This document shows, in pieces, positions 62,664-64,000 of a stretch of 64,000 nt of DNA. This stretch comes from Deltaproteobacteria bacterium (GTDB lineage Bacteria; Myxococcota; Kuafuiibacteriia; Kuafuiibacteriales; Kuafuiibacteriaceae), in contig JAVJQW010000057.1 in the NCBI GenBank assembly GCA_040218735.1, positions 500,005 to 564,004 on the forward strand, given 5' to 3'. The translations under genes were made by a program, and so were the position numbers. Numbering within the stretch: the first letter of the stretch is position 1; each line of letters begins with the position of its first letter. Under the pieces are notes generated by a model. The model was not told where the DNA came from. It searched no databases and was given only the letters and a program-made list of their open reading frames with translations.

Positions 62664-63194
62664 GTGGTCAGCACGCTGCGGCCGGAAGACCTCCGCGTGG
62701 GCGAGGTCTACTTCGAGGTGCTCTACTGCGGACCCGAGCTCAGCGCACCGATCGTAGAAACGTTCGTCTACGTGGGTAAGGAAGACGGCGGCTACATCTT
62801 CCAGGACGCGGGGGCCTTCTTCGCAGAGCAGCGTGGTGAGCGTGTGGACGCCGAGGGCTCGTTTCGCCTGCATCGCGAAGAGAGCCTCGAGATCGTGTAC
62901 ACGCAGCTCGGGCTGATCGCGGAGCTCGCGCAGTGGCGGCAGCCCGCCCCACCGCCGCCGCCCGCGGAAGCGCTGCGCTTCGACCGCGAGCTCGAGAAGC
63001 GGCACGCGACAGTCGACTTGTTACGCCAGGCGATGGGCGAAGAGCACGCCGAAGCGGCCCGCATCATCGCCGCGGCCCACGCAGCTCAGAGCCCGGAAGC
63101 GGCCACGCAGATTCTGAACGCGGCCCTCGAACGCGAGCGCGCGCCGTTCCTGCGGGAGCTCTACCGCAGCGCGCTACGGCGCATCGGCACCTGA
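62664..63194 (+). CDS. Hypothetical protein
   Basis: GTG 3 nt after the upstream stop; coding bias. Confidence 0.6.
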   Translation: MVSTLRPEDLRVGEVYFEVLYCGPELSAPIVETFVYVGKEDGGYIFQDAGAFFAEQRGERVDAEGSFRLHREESLEIVYTQLGLIAELAQWRQPAPPPPPAEALRFDRELEKRHATVDLLRQAMGEEHAEAARIIAAAHAAQSPEAATQILNAALERERAPFLRELYRSALRRIGT

Positions 63195-63484
63195 GCGACG
63201 AGCCTTGAAGACCAGTCGATCCAAGACCTTCGAATCTCCGCCGACCTCGTTATAGAGGCGCCGAAGTTCCACGTGGTTGCAGGGGACATCGCGGATCAAT
63301 TGGTAAATGTCATCTGAACGGCCCCCATCAGGCGGCGAGAGGCGCCTCGACGTAGGGCAGCGCGCCGGCGCCGCGGAGCGGCTCGTCCCTCGTGCGCCGT
63401 TTCGCCGGGCTGGTGAAGGCGGGGGTTCGCGGACGGCAGTGCTCCGAGGAGTGCCGCGCTCTCGAACACCGGCTGCTATCGCTC

Positions 63485-64000
63485 TCACGAGCTGCCCTCC
63501 GCGTGTGCCGGCGGCGTCGGATGCGCTTCACGCCGAGGACGCTCGGGACACGCGCCTGGCCTGGTCCGGGTGGAGCGGCGCTCGTGAATCCTCCGATCGA
63601 TGAAGGCGCGACCCAGCACCTCCCGCGCCGCGTGAAGGTTGTGCGCGCGACACAGTAATCGCAGCTCACCGACCACGCTCTTGGCCCCCAACGCGCGGCC
63701 GCCTACGTGATCGAACTCGAGGTTCGACCGCTCGCTGCATCGCCGACCGTCCGGGCTCACGAACGTACACTGCGCGCCGTCGCGCTCGACCACCGCGCGC
63801 CGCGTCGCGGCCGAGACGTACGCTGCGCCTGCTGGCGCATCCTCGGCGGGTTTCGATCACGGACGACTCGTCTTTCCGTTCTTCCGCTTCTCCAGCCTCT
63901 CGACATACAGCGCGAGCGCAGCTTCGAAGATCTCCCCGATGTCCGTCCCAGGCGGGGTGAGCTCCTTGGCTCGATCCAAGAGCGCCTTCGCTTCGGCGCT
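63485..64000 (-). pseudogene. HNH endonuclease gene (3' part) interrupted by an in-frame TGA at 63857-63859
   Basis: ...LLDRAKEL...LEKRKNGKTSRP*SKP...RRAVVERDGAQCTFVSPDGRRC...LEFDH...LLCRAHN. Confidence 0.75.

Noticed and set aside
63857-63859. In-frame TGA in the HNH gene as possible selenocysteine
   Set aside because: A small hairpin (TGCGCC-AGCA-GGCGCA) does lie 17 nt downstream, but the codon is in a basic linker where Arg rather than Cys is expected, so a nonsense mutation is more parsimonious.

Overview
High-GC, gene-dense window whose gene content (Cys-rich lipoproteins, Ser/Thr kinase with PEGA domains, choice-of-anchor D/VWA and HEAT/HD-GYP proteins) suggests a Myxococcota-type bacterium. 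About 50 CDSs are supportable; I saw no rRNA, tRNA or CRISPR array. Family calls come from motif recognition, not database searches. Two things stand out. (1) At 6-15 kb, a signalling island with two paralogous ECF sigma/membrane anti-sigma pairs flanking an apparently exported, catalytically intact TPR-CHAT (caspase-like) protease. Both anti-sigmas carry a (D/E)xxR-G motif just outside the membrane, and a shared GTAAG-N18-xGAA promoter-like motif precedes two flanking secreted genes and one sigma gene. (2) At 24.4-24.8 kb, a small ORF whose in-frame UGA is followed 11 nt later by an fdhF-like SECIS hairpin and 58 further open codons: a candidate unannotated selenoprotein. Also present: a DUF4178/DUF350/spermidine-synthase-like operon, a chimeric DUF4139 gene, a pseudokinase, a PilZ/HEAT/degenerate HD-GYP cluster, a cNMP-ferredoxin-membrane fusion, thiD, hemL and a disrupted HNH gene at the right edge.
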